30,776 nucleotides of DNA from Octopus sinensis (GCF_006345805.1 NW_021832476.1:1-30776); one strand, 5' to 3'; shown: positions 11,900 to 21,913, counted from the first letter of the stretch. The notes: generated by a model from the sequence alone, not told the origin. Translations and numbers: made by a program.

Positions 11900-12386
11900 T
11901 ATGAACATGCGCCCCGGAATACATAAATGTAAATAAACATTTAAAAACAGATGTACACTGCACACTCATTCCTTCTGGAGCAGATGTAAATGAAATACAT
12001 GAGCTTTACAATACATTTGAATTTTACAGAAGTGCAGTATTAATGTTTGCTTTATTATACAACTAAAACAACTCTTACATACACGTATAAATGTATATCT
12101 AACTATATACATCGTTAAAAAGTATGATATGGTTTTTGACTGAGAGATAATTTGCATAGTTAAGTACACAATATACATCGATGCGAGAACACCATCCAAG
12201 TAGTAACGCAGAAGAACTCCAGATGGGTTTCGACCTCCTTGGGCCTTGTCAATGACGCATACTTGCTCTTCACATGCCTAGACAAAATTATTCCCCTCTG
12301 ATATATGAGAAATAGTGAGTAATGCCTTCACTGATATTACGAAAAGCTTGCTGAGCTGAATAAAAACTCAATAAAGGCAAGTGATA
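11900..12386. mobile_element. Possible Penelope-like relic: weak GIY-YIG-like frame on + and a hammerhead relic on - (12219-12256)
   Basis: PGIHKCK*...RCT and KCS...IIQLKQLLHTRINVY on +; minus strand TTGACAA-GGCC-caagga-GGTC-GAAAC; element ends aaaactcaataaaggcaagtga then (TA)n. Confidence 0.35.
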
Positions 12387-12596
12387 TATATATAATGTGG
12401 GTAGTTATGGTAAATCACAGGTGTTTCCTCTTGAAGCACATCCTCTTATTGCCCGAAGCAAATGTACAATGAAATGTTTCATCAACATAACGCTTCACCT
12501 GGTGCAGGGATTGAAACTGCAATCTTACGTTTATGTGTGCGACACCCTAAGTTATGTTTCTCCCCCCCCCGCCCCCTCCACCCCCAAATATATTTT

Positions 12597-12799
12597 CCTC
12601 TTTTACTCTTTTACTTGTTTCAGTCATTTCACTGCGGCCATGCTGGAACACCGCCTTTAGTCGAGCAAATCGACCCCCAGGACTTAATCTTTGTAAGCCT
12701 AGTACTTATTCTATCGGTCTCTTTAGCCGAACAGCTAACTTACGGGGATGTTGAGGGGACAAACACAGACACACAAACATATACACATACATACATACA

Positions 12800-12833
<34 letters not shown>

Positions 12834-12984
12834 CATACATACATATATATATGCGACGGGCTTCTTTCAGTTTCCATCTACCAAATCCACTCACAAGGCT
12901 TTGGTCGGCCCGAGGCTATAGTAGAAGAACCCGGAACCATGTGGTTGGTAAGCAAGCTACTTACCACACAGCCACTCCTGCGCC
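12597..12984 (-). mobile_element. SINE family A copy with two internal deletions
   Basis: Reverse complement of the 1471 copy; lacks about 31 nt after caacatc and about 32 nt after gggttc. Confidence 0.9.
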
Positions 12985-12990
12985 TACCTT

Positions 12991-13165
12991 TTTTTTCATC
13001 TTTTACTTGTTTCAGTCGTTTCACTGCGGTCACGCTGGGGCACCACCTTGAACAATTTTTAGTTGAATGAATCGAACCCAGTATTTTTTTAAAAGCCTAG
13101 CACATATTCTATGCGTCTATTTCGCCGAACTGGTAAGTTAAGGGGATGTAAACACACCACCACGC
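12991..13165 (-). mobile_element. SINE family A, older 3' half
   Basis: ttttacttgtttcagtc...ggggatgtaaacacacc, diverged relative to the adjacent copy. Confidence 0.75.
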
Positions 13166-13184
13166 TGCTCTACGTGGTCACTTA

Positions 13185-13305
13185 ACTTTCTGAGAAAAGC
13201 AGTCAAATTGTCCTCATATCACACCTCATAGTGTAAAACGTCGGAAGAACGAATTGGACCAAAATTATATAAATATAAATACGAAGTGGTGGTCATGGCT
13301 GAAAT
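13185..13305. repeat. Unclassified old dispersed repeat (family D)
   Basis: Roughly 65% similar by eye to the reverse complement of 14300-14375 and to 30590-30640; a related gacctaNNNNcaaag motif occurs at about 11305-11340 (-), 30161-30181 and 30705-30732. Confidence 0.45.
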
Positions 13306-13311
13306 AGGATT

Positions 13312-13594
13312 TACTTTGTTCCTTCGCGAGCCATGCCTTGCTCATAAGAGTCGCTTTCCCGGTTTCCTTGGTGTATAGGACGCCGCTCCGTCACAGGTGA
13401 CCTGCAAGATGCAGGAGGAAAGAGTGAAAATTGTGGCGAAAGAGTCAGCAGAAGTTCACCATTACTTTCTGCCGGAGCCGCGAGGAGCTTGGGTGGTTCG
13501 CTCATAAACCCAAAAATCGCCCGGTCTGAGATTCGAACCCGCGATCCCTCGACCGCGAGTCCGCTGCTCTAACTACTAGACCATGTGCCTCCAC
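13312..13594 (-). mobile_element. tRNA-derived SINE family C2 (tail Y)
   Basis: Minus head gtggaggcacatggtctagtagttagagcagcggactcgcggtcgagggatcgcgggttcgaatctc; body shared with 9939, different 3' tail. Confidence 0.85.
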
Positions 13595-13719
13595 AGGATT
13601 TATTTTAGGTTTCCTTAATCAGGAAAGTGATTAATCAGTAGTATTCAAAGCCGTTTGAACAACAATTTCTACCTTTTATACAGCAGCTTCTACCTCTGCC
13701 ACCACATGCCACCACAAAT

Positions 13720-14040
13720 ACTCTCACCTATACATCATACACATTTAATACTATCAAAATTTTCAATATTACCCACAACAACAGCACCAGCAGCAGCAGT
13801 ACAGCTACGACCATCACACATCATCACCACACACACACACTCACCACCACCGCCACCATACACACACCACCACCACCCACACTAACACCACCGTACACCA
13901 CACACTCACCACCACCACCACCACCACCATCACCACCACCACTACCTATACATAACACCACCACCACGTCTACAGCAACAACAACTACACAACAACAACA
14001 ACAACAACTACTACTACTACAACAGCAGCAACAACAAAAC
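13720..14040. repeat. Mosaic trinucleotide tract (CAC/CAA/CAG/CTA)
   Basis: Directly visible. Confidence 0.9.
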
Positions 14041-14620
14041 AGTTTCAATGAACGTAGTGCCTTGAGAATTGCTTGGCCCCTGAATACTATTACAGCAACT
14101 TCCCTCGGATTTACCATTCGCACAATTTGTGACACAAGCTCCCTACTCAAAAATATCTTGTTATTACTTAGCCCGCTTCCAACTAGCAGTCAGTGAGCCA
14201 TTAGCGAATATATATCATCAAAGACGCCGTACTCGTGACCATCCTATCGTCTTTTTTTCCTTTGTATGTGTGCACATTGTTCATCCAGGAGCACACCAGC
14301 CAATGTTCTTCCTCTTTACTAAGATGGTAGGGTGTAGTTTAAGGAAAATTTCGCTATTTTCGGCAGGTTGAGTGACCGCACAGAAACTTTCCCAATGACT
14401 CAACAATAAAATGCGTTTTTTTTTTGTATTGGTACAAAGAACAATTTTTGTTAGAGTGATATCTAGTTCAGCTGTTCCCAAACATTGCTGTGAAAAGGTA
14501 ACTAGGTGCGTCGAGGATTATAGAAATATGACATGAGACAACTATGATATATATAATAAAAGAAATCTATTTCTCGAGAGGATTTTGAAAAAAGTTGTTA
14601 TTCATAAGTTTCATATACAT

Positions 14621-14695
14621 ACAGGTGTGGCAGAGAGTTTAAGAAGTATGCTTCTCAACCACGAAATCTCGGGTACGGTCATCAATGCGTGGCCT
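14621..14695 (+). mobile_element. Degenerate SINE family A head
   Basis: acaggtgtggcagagagtttaagaagtatgcttctcaaccac...tgcgtggc resembles the family A head. Confidence 0.55.
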
Positions 14696-14817
14696 GATTG
14701 GATTCACTGTAGTTTAAATTCAAAGTTCCAGTTTTGTTGAATATATTACCTCGAGTCTACTCGACATCCGCGTTAAGTGTGCCGATGTTTGTGGACTGTT
14801 TAACTACTTGGCACAAT

Positions 14818-14952
14818 ATATTTCTTTACTGCCCACAAGGGGCTAAACATAGAGGGGACAAACAAGGACAGAAAAATGGATTAAGCCGATTACATCGAAA
14901 CCAGTGCGAAACTGGTACTTAATTTATCGACCCCGAAAGGATGAAAGGCAAA
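14818..14952 (-). mobile_element. SINE family B fragment
   Basis: Reverse complement of about 16218-16350. Confidence 0.85.
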
Positions 14953-15071
14953 CAATAATTCAATGACAAAGTCTTCGAGCTCATAAACCAAGATGATGCT
15001 CATCAAGAAGAAAGCCTATCATTACAGATATGATTATAAAAACAAGGTAAGCATTAAATTATGTATGTATG

Positions 15072-15120
<49 letters not shown>

Positions 15121-15540
15121 ATTTGTATGTGTTTGTGTGTGTGTGTGCGTGTGTGTGTATGCGCGTGTGGGTATGTTTGTGTGTGTGTATGTGTGTGTGT
15201 GTGTTTTCACGTGAGGATGTGACGCGCATAGAAAATTGACATGTAAATTATGTCTTTATTGTATCTTTGAATTTTTGAAAAGGAATTTTAGCTCGAAATA
15301 TTAGGAACATTTGATTATTCTTAAGTTAACATTTCAAAACATTTATCATTGTTATTTATTATATTTGATATTCTATCTGCATTACTATTGCTTGGTAATT
15401 ATTTGTTTAATTTAACTCTCTATGCGAATCACGTTAATAATGTTTCATTTGATAATCTGTACGCCAAGAAGTAAACAATTATTTAGAACCTCTGATCTCG
15501 TCAAATGAATTTGTACAGCAGAGAACAAACAAATTTTTAC

Positions 15541-15557
15541 CTTGGCGAGATCATTGT
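15541..15557 (-). CDS. Candidate 17-nt micro-exon (xNDLAK)
   Basis: Minus strand: ttttttttattttcag|ACAATGATCTCGCCAAG|gtaaaa. Confidence 0.25.
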
Positions 15558-15834
15558 CTGAAAATAAAAAAAAAACTTGTAAATGGCGCATGACAATTTC
15601 TCATGAACAGTTGCTCTTAATTAAAATGAGTCATAAACAGCATTTCTGTTAGTAATTTTTTTTATTAACCGATGAGAACCAAATATATATCTCATTCGAT
15701 GACTAAGTGTCAAATAGTTTGCACAATTATAACTTTACAAATTTCCTGTTTCACATTAAGATTAGGTTCAAAGGCTTATCTGATTATGTTGCGGCAAATT
15801 ACCCGGTTACAGTTCACGATTATGATACACGTCT

Positions 15835-15990
15835 TTTTACCCCAGCAACTTAGTACACGGAGGTTTTAACGATTGTCTAATATAGCATGATATCGTATCT
15901 AGGTCTGAAGAGCAGATTAAATTTAATTCTAAGAATATGAATAAATTATAAGAATTATGAATTACTCTCAGCTCGAAACAGTCGTATAAC
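15835..15990 (+). mobile_element. Possible PLE 3' end with a long-stem-II hammerhead relic (15905-15990)
   Basis: CTGAAGA-gcag...(imperfect AT-rich hairpin)...gctc-GAAAC-agtc-GTA, preceded by a frame PSNLVHGGFNDCLI* resembling a PLE endonuclease C-terminus; no clear stem I. Confidence 0.4.
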
Positions 15991-16027
15991 AAAAAATAAA
16001 AACCCAAACATATAGATGCACATATGA

Positions 16028-16075
<48 letters not shown>

Positions 16076-16118
16076 CACACACACAGAGAAGAATATGAAA
16101 TAGAAAATCTTAGGTATA

Positions 16119-16518
16119 GGTGGTGCACTGGCAGAAACGTTAGCACGCCGGGCGAAATGCTTAGCGGTATTTCGTCTGCCGTTAGGTTCTGAGTTCAAAT
16201 TCCGCCGAGGTCTACTTTGCCTTTCATCCTTTCGGGGTCGATTAAATAAGTACCAGTTACGCACTGGGGTAATATATAATCGGCTTAATCCGTTTGTCTG
16301 TCCTTGTTTGACCTCTCTGTGTTTAGCTCCTTGTAGGTAGTAAAGAAATAGGTATTTCGTCTATCTTTTCGTCTGCCGTTACGTTCTGAGTTCAAATTCC
16401 GCCGAGGTTGACTTTGCCATTCATCCTTTCGGGGTTGATAAATTAAGTACCAGCTGCGTACTGGGGTCGATCTAATCGACTGGCCAAAATTTCGGTCCAT
16501 GTGCTTAGACTAGAAAAG
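16119..16518 (+). mobile_element. SINE family B, dimeric copy
   Basis: Head ggtggtgcactggcagaaacgttagc, B-box-like GAGTTCAAATTCC; a second headless unit starts near 16352 with a different tail. Confidence 0.9.
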
Positions 16519-17146
16519 TGTTACATATTTGAAAAAAAAAAAAAATGAATAGAAATGACGTTTCTGATAATTTTTCCATTTTAATAATCAGACGTTTATA
16601 AGTTTACATCTAATTATTAAAGCTGAAAAATTATCAGAAATGCCAATTCTATTCAATTTTTCAAATATATATATATACGTGTGTGTGTGTGTCTGTGTGT
16701 GTGTGTGTATGGGTGTGTGTGTGTGTGTGTGAGAGTGTGTGTGTGTGTGAGTGTGTGTGTGTGTTTGTGTGTGTGCGCGCGTATGCACGCGTGTGTGTGA
16801 ATACATATATGGTGGCTGATTAAGCACAAACATACTTCACAGACATTATTATACAGCCTTAGCGAGGTGTCATTCATTAGCAGAGCTCAAGAAAATATTC
16901 AGATATATCTGTACAATAAAATAACACTTGTCTATATTTATTGTATTAGTTGATATTCTCAAAATATTTCGTATCGTTAATCTGTCTTCAGAAGAATATA
17001 CAAATCGTCTTTGGACAAAGTTATCAATTGCTTTCCTCATAGCATCCAGTCAAAATTCTCTATGAATTATGGAATTATAACGACATGTAATTCTATTTGT
17101 CTATCATTTAACTTCACGAACATTGATAATTTTTCTGTATACATAC

Positions 17147-17312
17147 ACAGGCGTGAGCATGTGGTGAGAGGCTTGATTCCTAACCACATGGTTCCAGGCT
17201 CAGTCCTACTGCGTGTCACCTTGGGCAAGTGTCTTCTACTATAGCCTCGGGTCAACCAAAACCTTGTGAGTGGATTTGATAGACGGAAACTAGAAACAGC
17301 CCGTCGTATATA
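17147..17312 (+). mobile_element. SINE family A, 5' half only
   Basis: Runs from the head to cccgtcgtatatatg; no 3' half follows. Confidence 0.85.
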
Positions 17313-17338
17313 TGTATTACAGGAAAACATTCAAAATG

Positions 17339-17544
17339 TGACCGCGTGTGTACCGTTGGCGATTTTTTTTCCTCCGTCTTCCCTTCTTTGGATCTTTCCT
17401 TTTCCTATGTTTCTGACGAAGAGCTCCGCTCGAAACGTTAAACCCTCCTTCTTTCCTTCTTTCCTGTGCGTCCAATAATACTATACTTGTTCCACGTCCT
17501 CGCGTTGTTGTGTTTTCTCTTTCTGTTTTTATGTTTGGATTAAC
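17339..17544 (+). mobile_element. Hammerhead-bearing short repeat, family H1 (PLE pseudo-LTR-like)
   Basis: About 90% identical by eye to the reverse complement of 24238-24441 with the same boundaries; 3' end abuts (TA)n. Confidence 0.8.
17409..17443 (+). ncRNA. Minimal type I hammerhead ribozyme motif with intact core
   Basis: gttt-CTGACGA-a-GAGC-tcc-GCTC-GAAAC-GTT-aaac: stem I gttt/aaac, stem II GAGC/GCTC, palindromic ACGT stem III, GUU cleavage triplet. Confidence 0.75.
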
Positions 17545-17584
17545 TATATATATATATATATTATATTATATTATATTATATTAT

Positions 17585-17619
<35 letters not shown>

Positions 17620-17624
17620 ACATA

Positions 17625-17830
17625 TACGAGGGTGAGTCAAAAAGTAATGCCATTTTGTTTAGGAGGGGTATAATTACCAACATATGAACATGTATCATAC
17701 ATCGAAATGAAGCTGGTCCTCAGTGGATCACATACCTACTTCTCAACATAGTCACTGTTTCTTTCAATAGCAATGTTCCACCTTCGAATGAGAGCATGTA
17801 TCCCTGCCCCGTAAAATTATGTTGCTTACA
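17625..17830 (-). mobile_element. Mariner 3' end (TIR plus transposase C-terminus relic)
   Basis: TIR tacgagggtgagtcaaaaagtaatgcc next to (TA)n; minus frame FYGAGIHALIRRWNIAIERNSDYVEK*, a typical mariner C-terminus. Confidence 0.88.
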
Positions 17831-17842
17831 TTATACTTTATG

Positions 17843-18402
17843 CATACTGGCTCCAAAATAAATCGAGATGGTGACTGCACTCCAGAAATAAGACGGTGGA
17901 TAGTACTAGGCAGAGAGGCAATGGTCAGCATGAGCAGGGTCTGGAAGAGTAGAGACATCAGACTTGCTACCAAATGCATATTGGTGAATGCAATTGTCTT
18001 CCCAATAGCAACATATGGATGCGAGACCTGGACACTAAAGAAAGCTGACCAGAAGAGAATTAATGCATTCGAGCTTTGGTGTTGGAGAAAACTTTTACGG
18101 ATTCCATGGACAGCGAGGCTCACTAATGGAGAAGTTCTTAAGCAGATCAGGCCGAAAATGTCGCTAGAAGCGAGGACCACCAAGCATAGATTGGCATATT
18201 TCGGTCATATTATGCGGAGAAAATCCCTGGAGAAGGGCATCATGCTCGGAATGGTCAGTGGCAAGAGAGGAAGAGGCCGACCAAGAGTGATACCGGAATG
18301 GACATAGCCAGTCTGAAAGAAGCGGCCCAGGATAGAACTGACTGGAGGACACTGATCCAACGAGTGACCGAGAGTCGACTTCGACTGAGCGGATAGATAG
18401 AT
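17843..18402 (+). mobile_element. RTE-clade (BovB-like) LINE, 5'-truncated RT C-terminal fragment
   Basis: GSKINRDGDCTPEIRR...VFPIATYGCETWTLKK...RINAFELWCWRKLLRIPWTAR...YFGHIMRR.SLEKGIMLG..GKRGRGRP; after a frameshifting deletion, LKEAAQDRTDWRTLI...SRLRLSG* with an (ATAG) tail. Confidence 0.92.
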
Positions 18403-19200
18403 ATACTGAAGGAAATAAGAAGTGTGATGTGACGTGTTTCTCGATGCATAATATTGCTTGGCTTTCTTAATGGAAACAACTATAAGCTAATGAATTAATG
18501 AAATAACTTGTTTTCCTGTCTTATTTATTTTAATGTGTGTATCTGTGTGTATGCGTGAGTGTGTGTGCGCGTGTGTGTGTATGTGTGTGTGTATGTAATG
18601 CGTATATGTATGTATGCATGTACGTACATATTAGCTTACGTGTTATAATAGTTGCAGGACTCGAAAGCAGTTCATCAGAGATAGAAGCAAATACGTAGAG
18701 ATTCGTTAAAAGAATGAGAAGAATGAAACAAGGAAAAGTGAAGAATCGATCAGAAAGAACGAAATAAGCAATAAGACATTTGGGGGGAATTGTCGTCGAT
18801 AAATCTACAGAGAAAGATTTTCTTAAGATGATGCTGTGAGCATCTCTACAGCAATAAGTAAAATAGGAAGTTATTGATATTTCTAGAGTGAAAAAATATA
18901 TCAAAACTAAATCAGCTGGTAGGTTAAAAAATTATATACCACTTATAAACTAATCAATTAGTGAAAATAAAATTAAGACTATCAAGTATAACTTAAGCAT
19001 TAAAACCTATAACTAGTCAGCGAATGCAGTATATTGACACCCACTTGTTTCCGAGTTCGATTCTACAACGCATTATCTTGACAAGAGATTTTTCCTAGCG
19101 CAGTTTGGCAAGTAAAGATAAGAGAAATCTGATCGAAGCTTGATATACGTACATATATACACACATGCATACACGCACTCACATACACACGAGATACTAT

Positions 19201-19235
19201 GCTTCGTGGTTAGGGTGTTGCACTCACAATCGCAA
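19201..19235 (+). mobile_element. tRNA-SINE head fragment (C3-like)
   Basis: gtggttagggtgttgcactcacaatcgc matches the head at 29771. Confidence 0.6.
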
Positions 19236-19545
19236 ATCGACCCCAGGACTTATTCTTTGTAAGCGTAGTACTTATTCTATCGGTCTCTCTTGCCGAACCA
19301 CTATGTGACATGGACATAAACATACCAGCATCGGTTGTCAAGCGATGTTGGGGGCATAAACACACACACACACACACACATATATATATTACTATGGGTT
19401 TCTTTCAGTTTCCATCTACCAAATTCACTCACAAGGCTTTGGTCAGCCCAAGACTATAGTAGAAGACACTTGCCCAAGGTGCCACGCAGTGGGACTGAAT
19501 CCGGAACCATGTGGTTGGTAAGCAAGCTACTTAACCACACAGTCA
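19232..19545 (-). mobile_element. SINE family A copy lacking its 3' end
   Basis: Reverse complement of family A from the head to gtcgatttgc. Confidence 0.88.
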
Positions 19546-19546
19546 C

Positions 19547-19581
<35 letters not shown>

Positions 19582-19608
19582 CAGACACAGACACACACAC
19601 ACACACAC

Positions 19609-19657
<49 letters not shown>

Positions 19658-19704
19658 TCAACGTGCAATAATATGAAAATATAATAGTATATCTTTTTCC
19701 ACGT

Positions 19705-19783
19705 CCGACGAGATTCAACTTTATATCTTTTTAATTATACTAATTAATTTCTAAGATTCTTGAATCGAAACAGCTGTCAGAGA
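19705..19783 (+). ncRNA. Hammerhead-like relic with long stem II (U4C core change)
   Basis: CCGACGA-GATTCAA-(41 nt)-TTGAATC-GAAAC-AGCT-GTC: perfect 7-bp stem II base and palindromic ACAGCTGT stem III; stem I is poor. Confidence 0.55.
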
Positions 19784-19875
19784 TGACGTCCAATTTTGTA
19801 ATTGATAAATAATTATTAATTATCCCTATTTTCTGTCATATATATATATATGTGTGTGTATGTATGTGTGTATAT

Positions 19876-19941
<66 letters not shown>

Positions 19942-20073
19942 TGTATATATATATGTGTGTGTGTGTGTGTATGTTTGTGTATAAAGTTTACTGTTCCGTG
20001 ATAGGTAGGATCAACATCCAGTGAGAAATGAATATCATTCAATATACACAATATTTAAAAATAAAATAGCTAC

Positions 20074-20720
20074 TAATTTTAGAAAGTGCTACAAACAGTT
20101 TCATGCCATCGAGACACAACAGTATGTCAGGTTTATTTAACATGTCATGTAATCCCCAAGCAATGCTTCAGGTTTAGTGTATACCGTTAGACCTAACTAA
20201 AACCAGAATGCTGGTCGATGAAAAATCATGAGAAAAAATATAAGAAGTTTGATGCAAAAAGTCGAACGAAAAGAGAGAAAAGAAAACTAAGACAACCAAG
20301 ATCTACGTCTTCTTTGTTAGTTGAAATCACCATTAATCTAGTTAGTGTAGAATTATATAACAGAAAGGAGGACAAAGTTTCTGCGATAGCTATTAAGTCT
20401 AGAGTGGTTTGTGTTCTCAAGTTCAACAAATGGAATTTGTCCACGTGCCTGCATTTGCTAAATATTTCGGATCTGGAATTAGGTTGTGTAGTAGAATTCT
20501 TGAATCTAACAAAATGTGCGTTCTTTCAGCTCCGCATCTTTCGTATCGTTTTGATCCATTTATATATGGCGCAGATGGCCTGTACTTGATTCTATGTCGT
20601 GTGCAGTTGGTTTTCAGATAGGTCTAACGGTTATGCACTGAGCCTACAGTATGTTATATAAACCTGACAAATTATTGTGTGTCTACGGCATGAAACTGTT
20701 AGTAGCACTTTCTTAAATAA
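20074..20720 (+). mobile_element. Penelope-like relic flanked by inverted pseudo-LTR copies
   Basis: 20074-20206 is the reverse complement of 20607-20720; the interior frame ...EDKVSAIAIKSRVVCVLKFNKWN... resembles PLE KDK....KS.VVY.F.C..C; both arms hold a CTGACA...GGCATGAAAC...GTA relic. Confidence 0.55.
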
Positions 20721-21029
20721 TGTATAAGTGTGTGTGTGTGTGCGCGTGTGTATATGCATATATATATATATATATGTATATATATGTGTGTATGTATATA
20801 TATGTCCATATACACACACATTCGCACATACTCACACACATACACAAATACACACACATATAATTAAAGAAAAGTTAATAAAACATAACATATGTGAATA
20901 GAGATTACAGAATAAAGTATAGTACACAGTCAAATAAACATAAAAGATACTTTTAAAAATACATATAAGAGAGAAAAAAGTACATATTAAAAAATTTAAT
21001 TGTAAGCATGGCAAAAATCGTACATATGT

Positions 21030-21067
<38 letters not shown>

Positions 21068-21089
21068 TCAGATCGAATGAGCGAATATT

Positions 21090-21258
21090 AAAAATAACAA
21101 TAATAATCAACAGGACGTGCACATGGAATTTATTAGTTTGACGCTCGGTAAAAAAAGAGCTTTTGATGTTTGGAGCTAAGCTCTTCGTTGGAAAGGAAAA
21201 CGCGCAAGTACAAAAAAAGGAGAACTATCACCAAAACAGCCCGTGTGTAGTTACATCA
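21090..21258 (-). mobile_element. Hammerhead-bearing short repeat H3 (degenerate core)
   Basis: Minus strand cttt-CCAACGA-a-GAGC-tta-GCTC-CAAAC-ATC-aaaag followed by ccgagcgtcaaactaata, the same layout as H1/H2. Confidence 0.6.
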
Positions 21259-21324
21259 TATATATATATATATACATAAACTTACTGTTAACAAAAGTCA
21301 GGATGTGTGGTGTTCAGTTATTCC

Positions 21325-21549
21325 GTAAATGATAAATGCATTAAATGCTGTAAAACATATACGTAGGACAGACACAAGGGCCCTAATCCTTCCTCTGTTA
21401 TCGACCATAAATACTAATACCCAAAAATACTAATACTAAAGTCTCGAAACTGGGTATTACTATTTTTGGTCGATAATTGAGGAAGGATTAGTATCCCTGT
21501 GTCTGCCGTACATGTACGTTTTGTACTATTTAATGCATTTTTCATTTAC
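21325..21549. repeat. Fold-back element F1 (about 225 bp inverted repeat)
   Basis: Arms of about 98 bp, roughly 80% complementary by eye, with a spacer of about 30 nt. Confidence 0.85.
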
Positions 21550-21913
21550 ACACACACACACACACACACACAGAAACACATATACACACACACACAGAGA
21601 AGTAAGCACATAGATGTTAAACGAATTGGAAAAAAAAAGCAGTAATCGAATACCAAAGGTAGGGTAACGTACTGTTTATTAAATCCCCGAAAATCATCAC
21701 TATACACATATGAATGTATGTACGTATGTGCGTAAGTATTTATATATGTATATATATATATGTATGTATGTGTGTGTGAGTGTGTGTGTGTTCGTAATAA
21801 ATTGAATTTGAGTATGAACATTGTAGTTTGTGTATCGGCTACCCAGGTGTTTTCACAACAAAAACCGATAGTAGTACTGATGATACTTTCGGAAATCCTT
21901 GAATATCTGTAGA

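Noticed and set aside
16965-16992. Minus-strand CTGAAGA...GAAAT
   Set aside because: No stem II or stem I pairing.
18530-18904. 124-aa minus-strand ORF and purine-rich plus strand
   Set aside because: No motif, stops in the plus frames, and it runs into a microsatellite.
21877-21896. CTGATGA-tactttcg-GAAA
   Set aside because: Stem II cannot form and no NUH/stem I follows.
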